This document shows positions 20,229 through 32,029 of a stretch of 64,000 nt of DNA, in pieces. This stretch comes from Natator depressus (taxonomy: Eukaryota). The notes beneath the pieces were generated by a model that searched no databases, had not been told where the DNA came from, and worked only from the letters and a program-made list of their open reading frames with translations. The DNA lies in contig NC_134234.1 of the NCBI RefSeq assembly GCF_965152275.1, forward strand, positions 39,394,920 to 39,458,919, given 5' to 3'. Position numbers and translations under genes: made by a program. Positions within the stretch are counted from its first letter, which is position 1. Every line of letters starts with the position of its first letter.

Positions 20229-20866
20229 GGGTGGGCAAACTTTTTGGCCCAAGGGCCACATATGGGTATGGAAATTATATGGTAGGCCATTAATACTCGC
20301 AAAATTGGGGGTTGGGGTGCAGAAGGGAGGGAGGGCTCTGTATGGGGGTACAGGCTCTGGGATGGGGCCAGAAATTAGGTGTTCAGGGTGTGGGAGGAGG
20401 CTTCGGGCTGGGGGGTGAGGGCTCTGGGGTGCAGGAGGGTGGGACCGAGGGGTATGGAGGGTGGGAGGGGGGATCAGGGCAGGTGGTCAGGGGTGCAGGC
20501 TCTGGGCGGCACTTATCTCAAGCAGCTCCCAGAAGCAGCAGCATGTCCTCCCTCCGGCTCCTATGCAGAGGTGCAGCCAGGTGGCTCTGCGCACTGCCCC
20601 GTCTGCAGGCACCACCCTTGCACCTCCCATTGGCCCTATTTGCTGGCCAATGGGAGCTGTGGGGGCAGCGCTTGTGGCGGAGGGCAGCGTGCGGAGCCCC
20701 TGGCTGTCCCTACGCATAGGAGCTGGAGGAGGGATGTGCCGCTGCTTCTGGGAGTTGTGCGGAGCAAGCCCCCGACCCCGCTCCCTGGCAGAAGCTTGAG
20801 GGCTGGATTAAAACATCTGAAGGGCTGGATGCAGCCCCCAGCCCGTAGTTTGCCCACCCCGATCTA
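20229..20866. repeat. Family-B GC-rich MITE (~640 bp; TIR ggggtgggcaaact ... agtttgcccacccc) with paired inverted CCAAT boxes
   Basis: Terminal inverted repeats seen directly. Internal cccattggccctatttgctggccaatgggagc; same family as 43731-44366. Confidence 0.7.
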
Positions 20867-23756
20867 TGGAGCCTAATCAGCTCTGTCTTTAAAGAGAGGA
20901 GAGGGGCAGGTCAAATAGTACTTGTGACTCAGGCAGACCATCAAGCAAAACACCTGTCCCAGCCTCTCTCTTGATGCCCTCAATCAGCACAGGCTAAGTA
21001 TAGTTCTACTGCCCTTTACTCATACAATAAGAATAACAACATTTTATCCCCCCCCCCCCCCCGAACCCCCCGCATTCAAGTGATTTGTAACCCAGCCCCA
21101 GCCAAAATCTATCACCTGGGCAACACAGCTCTGTTTGCTAGATACCTAGGTAGATTAGGTGTGAATGTAAATACAATCTGGTCCTGAAGCCTTTCCCCCC
21201 AGCCCCTAGCTCATCAGCAGCTGTCAGGGAGAGCTCATTTAGACTTTGCTTACAAATCATAATTTGAAATTATTAGGTTGGCCAACATCACCAAAATGAA
21301 TGCACTGACATTGTCATAAAAAACAACAGCTGTATAAGGAAGCTAGTCTATGTTCATACTTTTCAAATCTATTATACTTTTTTCAGATACAAGTATTTTA
21401 TCATACACTTTGTGCTTTTAAAGTGTGTATTAATGTTTCAATTTCAATTAAAATGTCCAAACAATCACTAAATTGGCAACACTGCATGTAACTAGTTTAC
21501 AAAACTGGGGGGAGGGTGTTGGGGAAATTCGGGGGGGCGTAGGGAAATCCCTGCGTGCGGGCAGCTGTGGGGAACCCCGGACCTTCCACCTGCCCTGGGC
21601 GAGGAGCTGGGATGCACAAGAGCAGCCCCCGGCTCGTGGCTGGCGTCCAGGACAGTGGAGGGTCCAGGGGTCCCCACAGCAGCCCAGGCTCCTTGGGCAG
21701 CTCTTACCACTGCCTGACTTCTGGCCAGGACAGGAGGCAGGGTCATGGGGGGAAGGGAGAGAGCAGGGGGCATGGTATCATGGGCTGTGTAGGGGGACAA
21801 TGTTCTTTGTGCCAGGGCCCCAATAAATTTTAATCTGCCTTTGATTTCAAGGATTTTGGCTCTACTATCAATTGGGATTCCCCCAATCTAAGAAATTTCT
21901 CTTAATATCCCAAAGTTATACCCTGGTTTATATCTTTTAACATTTCTCCTTCCATAGGCCAGAAGAGTCCTATTCTAGAGTGTAACAATTATTTACAATG
22001 AAAACCAACAAAATCTTTACAATCTTCTAAGTTTGGAGGACATACTCCATACATTATTTGATTATACATAAGTATTTCACATTATTTAGGATTTATAATA
22101 GAATAAGAGGCATTTTTCACATATGGAAGAATATATATCTGACTCACAAGGCAAACAGCTGTGCAGGTGCTAATTTGAGGTTAAGGACAAATTATTCACA
22201 GTATATTTGATTTAGAAAAACACAGTGTATAGTTTATAGTCAGTTTGGGGTGAAAACACTCTGCATAGGAGAGATGGATGTGACCTTTGCTTAGTAACAT
22301 GGAATTTATTAGCTAGGTTGTGGAAAAAGAAAGAGGTTTATCCATTTACAAATTCTGAGATACTTGCCTATGTGATTAACAATACTCTCATTTTAGTCAT
22401 TTTAGTTTCTATAGTTGGGGAGAAGAATAGATTAGAATTCTCAACTTTGGCTGATCTGTGGTCCTTAGACAAAGTGTCTCACATGATGTGAAATATTTGC
22501 TTATTGTCTTAGGTAGATCCTATTTGGGGATAAACAGAGGTTGCTCTTCTAATTTTTGAGAGTTAGAAGGAATCATTAGTAATAAATCATTCAAGGGATA
22601 CCTGTCGCATATGTTCCTTACAATATTTTAAAAAGAAAAAGAACAAAACCGTGCCCCAGCTCCTGTCGGCCCCACAAAGTTACTTTGGTGACTTCTACAG
22701 GTTGGACCTATCTTGACAACAGTATCTTTTTAAAAAATCCTGAACCTTTCTCTATTTTCTGTATTGTATATACATGACCATATATAGAGCTCTCATATCT
22801 TGCTTTAATTAAGAAACCATTTTTGCTTTTGAATCCTAGTTCTGAGATTTGATTTGACTTTTGTTCCAGCTCAGTGTATGCACAAAGTGTTAGCACGTTG
22901 CAACTTCAGATATAATTGTTTCTTCATGTTGGTTAATGTTTTTGAGATATATAAGTGTGTGAAATTTACATTTACTTTTGAAAACCCTGCCAACAGCCCC
23001 AAAGACTTAATCATTTCTAAACCCCTAATGTTTCTGAGTGCTTTTTCTTGCCACTCGTAAAAGCTCTAACTTGCTTCTGGGTTAAGTAATGACATAGAAA
23101 TTTTAGAGGCTGTTATTCTGTAATGCAGCCTAGGGTCTTGGGAGTTTTAGAAAAGATACATTAAAAATAGTAACAATAATTAATAATGATCACTGATTTT
23201 GATCTGAGCCTGCTCCGAGTGAAGTTAGTAGCAAAACCCCCCACTGACTTTACAAACATTTCCATTGTGAGGTAGGTGAATAAATATTATCCTCATTTTA
23301 CAAAAGTATAAACTGATGCTGCGGGTCTATATTGTTACTCTGAGTCACCAGCTGCATTTGAAGGGAAGTTGTGGGGGCCCAGAGTAACAGGATTTCCTGG
23401 AGGAATTCTGGATGTTTCCATTAGAATTCCCTTGGACATGCACACTGGAGCTCTACCAACCTCTTACAAGGTACAATGTACAAGGGATTCCTCTTGTGGT
23501 TAGGTGGCCAGCACAGGGTAGTCGCCTTCTCCCTCCCTGTCCACTTTCAGAAAGCCAAGCAGTTCTGCCACTACTGCTGTTCTGATTGCCTCTGGTTCTT
23601 TTGTAGTGTTACAGAAGAGAGGGGAAGTTGCCTCGTGTCTTCTCTTTTGTCTCGCATACCAGTGCAGGGCTATCCACAAGTACCTTCTCCAAGAACATAC
23701 TGAGAACTGTGAGGCAGAGCTGGGATCAGAACTCAGAAGGTTTTGGCTCCCAGCTC

Positions 23757-24105
23757 AATTCTCTAGACCAGTGGTTCTCAAAGCCGGTCCGCTGCTTGTT
23801 CAGGGAAAGCCCCTGGCGCACCGGACTGGTTTGTTTACCTGCCACGTCCACAGGTTCAGCCAATCGCAGCTCCCACTGGCCGCGGTTCGCCGCTCCAGGC
23901 CAAGGGGGGGCTGCAGGAAGCGGCGCGGGCCAGGGGATGTGCTGACCACCCTTCCCGCAGCCCCCATTGGCCTGGAGAGGCGAACTGCGGCCAATGGGAG
24001 CTGCAATCGGCCGAACCTGCGGACGTGGCAGGTAAACAAACCGGTCCGACGCGCCAGGGGCTTTACCTGAACAAGCGGCAGACCGGCTTTGAGAACCACT
24101 GCTCT
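23757..24105. repeat. Family-B subfamily MITE (~345 bp palindromic; TIR agaccagtggttctcaaag ... ctttgagaaccactgctctag)
   Basis: Whole element is nearly self-complementary. Contains cagccaatcgcag and cccattggcc...ggccaatgggagc boxes. Homologous to 49197-49533. Confidence 0.7.
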
Positions 24106-24564
24106 AGACCTCACTGTAGCTAAAAATGTAGTTTAATCTGGTTGTGCCCTGCACTGGTCTTTTCCACACAGTAGGGAGATGTGTTGTATAGGGTTGTGAT
24201 TTCTAGAGTGCATTAACATATTGAGCATTAATTGGTCCGGTAGACCCTGATCGTGTGCTTTAAGGTAGTGCTGTTTGAAACAGTATTATGTTAAAGTGAA
24301 CTAGGGAACCTTTAGCCATCAGTATACATGGACCAGTTAATACACAACATGTTAATGCGCTTAGAAATCACACCATCATAGAGCTTATAGTCCCATCATG
24401 TAGACAAACCCTTTTTTTATTTTTAAAACAAGTTTTACAAGTATCTTTAGCATACAATGTAATCCTATTTAAGTTGCTGTACTCCAGACCATAAAAGCTA
24501 TGAAAGTGCTTTCATGAGGTGTTGGGTGACAATACTGCATCTCACATTTCTAATGAAGACTTCC

Positions 24565-24580
24565 TTTTTTTTTTTTTTTT
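24565..24580. repeat. poly(T) tract (16 nt)
   Basis: Seen directly. Confidence 0.9.
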
Positions 24581-24875
24581 GGAAAGAAAAAAGAATGAAC
24601 TAAGGATATGCAAAAAACAGATATTGACATTAAGTATCTTTAAAGCACTGTCTTAACAAAAAGCAGGACATTCTTAATGCTGAATGATACTCCATCACTG
24701 GTTCACTCAGGTTACAGACGATAGTCTTCTATGTGGCAGTCTTGAAACTGATGAGAATCTTGCATTCCATTTAATTTTGTAGTATCATTGCACAACAGAA
24801 TGAGCTGACTGTGAAGCAGTTATCTGAAAGGTGACCTGCAAAGACGAATGGAATAAAAATCATTGTGCTTTTTCT

Positions 24876-24894
24876 TATATATATATATATATAT
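24876..24894. repeat. (TA)n microsatellite
   Basis: Seen directly. Confidence 0.9.
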
Positions 24895-25140
24895 TTTAGC
24901 TTTTTAATATCAGGAGTGGTAAAGGTTGTCTTCCTTAATGTTGCTAGAGGCCTAGAGAATGGTATGAGCTTTCAGTTAGAGGCAAGGATATTGAATCTTT
25001 CATAAATAGAGCTTTTTCTCCCAAGCATTTGCCAGGAGTTTGAGTTAAATAGGTGTTACAAAACAATCTGACTAAAATCCATTCCCCTTCCATTTTGTCA
25101 GATTTTAATCTCTTGTGACATCCTAATCTGCTAGTTCTCA

Positions 25141-25305
25141 AGCAGTCCAGAGAGTCATAGAATCATAGAATATCAGGGTTGGAAGGGACCCCAGAAGGTC
25201 ATCTAGTCCAACCCCCTGCTCGAAGCAGGACCAATTCCCAGTTAAATCATCCCAGCCAGGGCTTTGTCAGGCCCTCCGTCAAGTCCTCCGTCAAGTCCTC
25301 CGTCA
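25141..25305 (-). mobile_element. Short CR1 3'-end fragment
   Basis: tcatagaatcatagaatatcagggttggaagggacc...atcatcccagccagggctttgtcaggcc matches 8430-8540 (minus-strand CR1 terminus). Confidence 0.65.
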
Positions 25306-26576
25306 AAAACAGGCAATTCAAACTGGAGATTTCTGATTCATAAAACCCCATGGCACTTTTTATGAAAGAGAACCTCCAGGCCTTTTTTTTTAATACATCT
25401 TAAGAAAGCAAAAAAAAAAAAAGTTTTTCCCCATTTTTAGGTCACCTTTAACTTTGACTTTCTTGGGTTTTGTATTGGTTAAATAGACACATATAACTCA
25501 ATCCTGCATCCCTGGTACATGCAAAACTTCCATTGATCTCATTGGGAATTAAATAGGCAGAAAAGACTGTGGGCTCAGGCTCTGTGTTTAAAAAATTTAA
25601 TATTATAACATAAAATATAGTTATTTATTCTAATTATTATGATAATATTATCATGTAAAATAATTGATTATGATTTTAAAAGTCCATACTATCTCACACT
25701 AGAGTTTTGTTCACTATAGCCGTTTCTCTGGCTACAGAATTCCTCTGCTAAAACAGACAGATTTTTGTTTACATTCCTGTCTGGTCCTTCTGTCACATAA
25801 CACTCAATTAAACTGATTTTCAGAAGTGCTGAGCACCTGCAGCTACCACAAAGCCCACAGCACAACTGAATATCATGTGCATTGAAGTTACTTCGATGCC
25901 AGTTGAGAGCAAAGGGCTGCTTGTTACTGTAATTAAGGAGAGAGCAAGTTGCATAAGAAGAAACAACTCAGATACTCACATTTTTTTAAAACTTATTAAT
26001 AAAATGCATATTTCACTGGCATTAAAAACCATCAGTGGTAGACTAGATGTTAATTATTTTCTAGGAGTGAATCAGTTACAAATTATACTTATTTGCTTAA
26101 AATACTTGATGTTGAAGGGCATGACTTTAAGATTAGGACATATATTTAAAGTCTAAAAACAGGGTGGGAATTAATCTCCCACTGCTATTTAGGATTGCTA
26201 AAATGCAACTGGATGGGCAAAACCAGATAATGCATTTAGCAAATTAGTGGGCCAGGCAGGTAAATCACATTTGTTCATTTGGTTGCCCAATGTTTTTTGC
26301 AAGATGAGTAAGGTTGAAAGCCAATCTCCATGTTCAGCTTCAGGTTGGACGCACTGATCAGTCAAAGTATCCATGACCTTTTAGTGCAGGTCAACAGCTT
26401 GTGTGGCAGTGATTTTCACTTGTTCAGAATAAGTTTTGGTTTTTCTGGGCTGTGGGAAAATATGCTTACATTGTATAAGTGTAGGCCCTTAGTGTGATGC
26501 TGCAACCTTGTAAAATTACTAATTTCAAAGATTTATTTTAAAATGTTTAAGAGAATTTCAATTATTCTGATTTCAG

Positions 26577-26655
26577 ATTTTATACAGAAAATGATCAAGA
26601 TATTCCTTATTTTCCACAAGATTTTGAAGTTGCAAAATATGATGCCCTTGAAAAA
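26577..26655 (+). CDS. PARP4: PARP4 coding exon 4
   Basis: Acceptor tgatttcAG; donor AAA|GTAAGC. (R)FYTENDQDIPYFPQDFEVAKYDALEK vs human HLPQDFEVAKYNTLEK. Phase 2 in, phase 0 out. Confidence 0.85.
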
Positions 26656-27285
26656 GTAAGCATTTTTAGTGACATCTCTTATGTTAGTAGAATGCTGTAG
26701 GCTCAATAAATGGTTTGCAGTTCTGTATGCATTACTTTAATTTTTTGCTTTAATTTTACAAATAATTATTCCATCAGGGTCACAAAAACAAAGAACACTA
26801 TTGACAAACAAATTTAAAGAAGTGCGTCTTTCAGTGCAGCCTAACTTTACTTGAAACAAAACTCTAATTTTTATCACTATAGCATCCCACAAGGTAACAC
26901 ACTACAGTAATATGTATATTCTTCTGGCAGTTTGTACAGTTAACAAAGATTTTATATAAATAAATTAAATGTAATTAAAATACAGTAAGTTTTCATTTCA
27001 ACATGGAGAAGACTTTCAGATCTCAAAATATACAAGAAATTGTACATTGTCCAGCACAGGGAAGCTCTGATATTGACTGGAGCTTCTGGGTGCTGTGGTA
27101 ATGAAAATAGTAAATAAATGCTATACATTCCACTAATGCTTTCATAGCAGTTAATCATGATGGCTCCATATACAGTGAGGGGGACGTGGGGAAGTATATG
27201 TTATGACAACAAACAGTTGAAGAAAACGTTAATGACAGTATGAACGGGACATGTATTGAAATAAAAGGGTTGTTGTTTCTTTCAG

Positions 27286-27399
27286 ATTAATACTGAGAAA
27301 GGCAAACAGGTTGTAGTTATTGAATTGCAGTGTTCCCAGGAATCATGTGAGTTTCCCTTTCGAATAGCTGCACACTTCAGCATGTCAGAAGGATTTAAG
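27286..27399 (+). CDS. PARP4: PARP4 coding exon 5
   Basis: Acceptor tttctttcAG; donor AAG|GTATGA. INTEKGKQVVVIELQCSQESCEFPFRIAAHFSMSEGFK vs human EAVVVELQCSRDSRDCPFLISSHF. Confidence 0.85.
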
Positions 27400-27869
27400 G
27401 TATGAGCTGGTTTTTGTCATTATTACCGGTTTATTTGTTAGTTTATTTCAGTGTATTTAATAAATCCATCCCATAGTGCCAGATGCTTGTCATTCCTGTT
27501 TGCAATCAGATTACTAAATATAAATAAAAGAAAAAGTCATTCTATTAGCTTCTGACATAACTGACTGAAAGTAGGCTCCCAGACACAATGAGGCTAATTA
27601 ATCTTTCCTGTGACTATTGAAGCCAATATCAGTGTAACACAAATGAGTTCAATTATTTGAATGTAAATCAGGATGAATTTGGCCCATTGTGTCACATCAA
27701 GGACCCTGCTTGGAGCCAATTATTTGCCAGTCCTGTCACTTCAAAGTTGGTAAAATGTCATTTATTTTTAAGAATCTACCCAGCCATTACAGACTTTGTG
27801 AGTAATGCATCATGCTTTCCCTTCCTGACCCTCTGGTTCTTCTCCAGCAATCCTAAAAACATTACCTCT

Positions 27870-28150
27870 TTGGGTATGTCTACACTGCAGTAAAAGACCT
27901 GGGGCACAGCTGCAGCTGGCCCAGGTCAGCTGACTTGGGCTCGGACTATGGGGCTAAAATTGCAGATTAGATGTTCCGGCTTTGGCTGGAGCCTGGACTG
28001 TGAGACCCCCTCAAGGGAGGGGGCTCTCAGAGCCTGGGCTTCAGGCTGAGCTCAAACATCTACACTGCTATTTTTAACCCTACAGCCTGAGTCCCACTAG
28101 CCCAAGTCAGTTGACCTGGGCTCTGAGACTAGGTGCAACAGGTTTTATAT
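27870..28150. repeat. Family-C (gtctacac-type) MITE-like element
   Basis: Begins tatgtctacactgcag..., ends ...ctgcagtgtaaacgtacc. Homologous to 41630-41880, 38330-38870 and 45185-45440. Confidence 0.55.
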
Positions 28151-28359
28151 TGCAGTGTAAACGTACCTTGTGTGACAGGGATTACATGTACAGGTGGTGC
28201 TTCCTAGTGGTTATACCACTGGGTGCCAGCTCTGCTCCATTTCCAGCATCCCTCTCCAGCAATTGTTCTAATGCAAGGTGGTCCACTTTTTGGTAGGTAG
28301 CAGCTAGGCCTTCTGGCTGGGTCACCAATTGCATTCACTTCCTTTCAGGGTAACGGAGT

Positions 28360-29150
28360 TGTCAAGGTTCCTTCCCCACTCTGAACTCTAGGGTACAGAT
28401 GTGGGGACCTGCATGAAAACCTCCTAAGCTTACTTTTACCAGCTTAGGTTAAAACTTCCCCAAGGTACAAACTATTTTACCCTTTGCCCTTGGACTTCCA
28501 CTGCCACCACCAAACGTTTATCTGGGTTTATTTTTATTAGGAAAGCGTTGTTTGGAAATGTCTTTCCCCCCAAAATCCTCCCAACCGTTGCACCCCACTT
28601 CCTGGGGAAGGTTTGGTAAAAATCCTCACCAATTTGCATAGGTGACCACAGACCCAAACCCTTGACTCTTAAGAATAATGAAAAAACATTCAGTTTCTGA
28701 AAAGAAGGATTTTAATAGAAGTAAAAAGAATCACCTCTGTAAAATCAGGATGGTAAGTACCTTACAGGGTAATTACATTCAAAACATAGAGAATCCCTCT
28801 AGGCAAAACCTTAAGTTACAAAAAGGCACACAGACAGGAATATCCATTCTATTCAACACAACTTAATTTCTCAGCCATTTAAAGAAAGTAATCTAACGCA
28901 TATCTAGCTAGATTACTTTCTAAGTTCTAAGACTCCATTCCTGTTCTGTCCCCGGCAAAAGCATCACACAGACAGACCCTTTGTTTTTCCCTCCCCCCAG
29001 CTTTTGAAAGTATCTTGTCTCCTCATCGGTCATTTTGGTCAAGTGCCAGCGAGGTTATCCTAGCTTCTTAACCCTTTACAGGTGAGAGGATTTTTCCTCT
29101 GGCCAGGAGGAATTTTAAAGGGGTTTACCCTTCCCTTTATATTTATGACA
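28360..29150. mobile_element. Solo LTR (TGTCAAGG...TTATGACA) with perfect 5-bp TSD ggagt
   Basis: TG...CA termini; ggagt at 28355-28359 and 29151-29155; paralogous copy at 53182-54109. Confidence 0.7.
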
Positions 29151-29599
29151 GGAGTCCAATAAAATAGATACAGTCCAATGCCCTCAAAAAAGAAAGGGTC
29201 TTCAGCCCACCTCCGGACTCCTGTGGCTGGCACAGTCTTGACTCAAGGCTTACAATATCTCTGTACTCTCCTCCTCTCCAAGGTTGGGGGGGAGAAAGGG
29301 ATTTATGCCCCTCCACACAAAGGGCAGTTGGTAGGGGAGCCAAGCCCTTTCTCTCCACCAGGCTCTGACCTAGGACCCCTATGAGAGGCAGTGATAGCAT
29401 ATACCCTCTTCAGGACTGCCTCCCTAAGCCACTTCCTATCACTTGCTTCCCCAGTCCAAGGTTTGGTCAAATGTCTCATTAAGTGATCCTCCAGAAGCTA
29501 GAGCAAAACATTCTCTACTCTTAGGGAATGGCTAGCTCTTCCTTTAGGGCCTGGGGTAACTGCTGCTAGCAGAACTACTCTTGCAGCCAGGACCAAGGT

Positions 29600-31800
29600 A
29601 GGTCTCCCCCCCTTCTTCTTCATACCTTGTTCTTGGCTTAGAATCTTGCACCTTTCTCAGTATTCTTAAAGAATTGCAGAAGAGCTTTTTTTATTGGGCC
29701 CCATTTTCCTTGTATCCTTGATAGTTGTTTCAAGGAAAATTTTATTATTTTAAGGCCTCTGAGTTTTGTGTATAAACACCTCCTTTCACTGGTACAGTTT
29801 TTACAATCCCAAAGAATATGATCTATCATTTCCTGGACCTGTTACACATAATTCATCTTTATTCTTGTTAATTAGAAATAAATTACTGCTTAACCCACAA
29901 TCCCTGTTAGAATTATGAAAAGAACCACTTTGTTCTTCCTTTCAGGGTCTTGGATTATATCAACATTGTCAACTGTTTGGCATACTACTTAGAATTTTCT
30001 CCCCTTCATTTAGTTTGCTCACAGTTCTTGACATTCCTTCCTTAATTTATTTTTCATTAGGTGTTTAAATTTCAGTTTGCTTAAGGAGATTCCTTGGTCA
30101 ATTTGTTCACAATTAATAGCCCTTTTGCCTGTTTGTCTTCCAATCTTTTACCTGCTATCCCTACATGCACCAGAATCCATGCTATTTCTATTGTTATATC
30201 CAGTTGTGCCAGTTTGGTTGTTAGCAGTAATATTGCATTCAGAATATCATTTCTGATGTCAGACTTTCCATTGTAAATTGCCTGCTGTCCTAATAAGGAA
30301 TCAGAGAAGGTGGCCATGGCAGCTGGCCACACATCTAAAGCCCAGTTTAATGCTATCATAATCCCTGTTAGCTAAACCGTAAAAATGGATACAAAGTTAG
30401 TTAGCCTTAGAACTTTCTTGAGTCTGAGTGAGGACACGCAGAAAGCTGTTCCCACTCTTCCTGTTCCTTTGTCTTTTGAACGATCTGTATATATATGGCC
30501 ATAGTGTCCTTACTTATCACAAATATATTGATTTCTTATATCTTGTATATTTATCATTCTTCTCCTTTTATTTATTTCATTATATTATTTCATGCCTACC
30601 TCAGGGGGAATGGTTTTCCAATGATAGAGAATTTTCCCAATAGCTGTAGATTTTGATCTCTTTTAGTCCTTTTTTTTTTTCATTAGGATCCTTTATCCAC
30701 TTCTGTACCCTGGTTACATGGGGAACTTTGAATTTTTTCCCTACTTAGCCTCCACTTAATTCCAAATAATCATTATATATTTGCTGAGTGTTACCTAGTA
30801 CTTTGGCCCACAAGGTTAAGTCTAAGAAGTTCATTCTAAGAATGATAGGCACTTCACTGGCTGCTTTCTGTAGTGAACATAGAGGCATAAGAATGAAGGC
30901 ACCACATGCAATATGCAATGGCTGTACTTGGATATAGTCTAGTTTTCTCAGATTTGTGTTCACTGCTGACCTAAAGTCTTGTCATCCATACTCAATAAGT
31001 GGTCTAATTCCTGTTCTGTATAGCATTACCATTTTTTTCTTATCCACTCCCCAGTATGTTCCAGAGTTACTTTTAAGTAACTTAACTCTACCTTTGTGCT
31101 TTAATATTTTCAATATGGTCCATGAGAGGCAATCATGTAGCTATAACTTTACATCTGTTTGGATTTTCCTTGTTGTGAACATCAATCATTCCCTTAGTTT
31201 AGTCTATGGAGAATTTGAATGCCCACCTGTTTCCCTATTCTGCACTTCCCTTAAGTGCATAATTGAAAGCACTGCCAGAAGAATAAACGTTTCTGCTTTG
31301 GTCCGTATGACACAAGACATCAACAAATAATGTGATCCCTATTCCTGTACTCATCTCCTTGGGGAGGTTATTTATCATGATGTTAAAGAGGGTTGGGCTA
31401 ATTACACTGCCCTGTGGAGTTCTATTTGCAATTGTGTATGTGTTGGAAAAAGCTTTCCCTATTCAGACTTGTTCATTTGCTGAAGTCCCATACCCATATA
31501 TACATTCTTCCTATAATACCCCTGGAGCCTACTTTATGAAGTAGTCGTACTCTCCATAACACATAATAGGCTTTTTCTATGTCCAAAAAGGTTATTCTCC
31601 CCTTCCAAATTGTCTGTTTCCCTTTTACGATTGTCCTCCAACTGGAGCAAGCTCTGTATGTGTGGAGGGGTGGAGTCATCTGGGCCCAGAACTGCTCTTC
31701 AACCCCTTCTGTCCCAATGTAGGGTTTATACACCCCATCACACTCTAAAAACCTGTTATGCTAGAGCTCTAGATAAACTTTACGCACAAGTCTCTCAGCT
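29600..31800 (-). mobile_element. Degenerate non-LTR retrotransposon relic carrying RT and RNase H domains
   Basis: Minus ORFs 31473-31733 (RT motif ITFLDIEKAYYVLWRVRLLHKVGSRGIIGRMYIW), 30081-30359 (RNase H FSDSL...ILVHVGIAGKRLEDKQAK), 29638-29829 (C-terminal DHILWDCKNCTSER motif). Confidence 0.45.
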
Positions 31801-31879
31801 AGTAGTGTGACGTGCTAGAAAACTGGAACACTTCTGTAAGTCTTCTTTTTCTTATATATTTTGATGTTGTCATTCACAG

Positions 31880-32029
31880 AGTAAAAAACAGTTCATAGCA
31901 ACTAAGACTTCTGAAGAAGTAAGAAAAAATTATGAGATTTATGTTGAAGATTTGAAGAACCAGGATTTTCTATTAAGAGAAACCTTTCCACCAGGTGCAG
32001 ACAATTTAGCCTCTATGAAATTACAAGAG
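31880..32029 (+). CDS. PARP4: PARP4 coding exon 6
   Basis: Acceptor cattcacAG; donor GAG|GTTAGC. SKKQFIATKTSEEVRKNYEIYVEDLKNQDFLLRETFPPGADNLASMKLQE vs human RRQFAIKKTSEDASEYFENYIEELKKQGFLLREHFTPEA. Confidence 0.85.

Noticed and set aside
20312-20876. ORFs of 110-165 aa inside 20229-20866 and similarly 43686-44366
   Set aside because: They lie entirely within GC-rich family-B MITEs that are flanked by terminal inverted repeats. Multiple overlapping frames and low-complexity translations; not genes.
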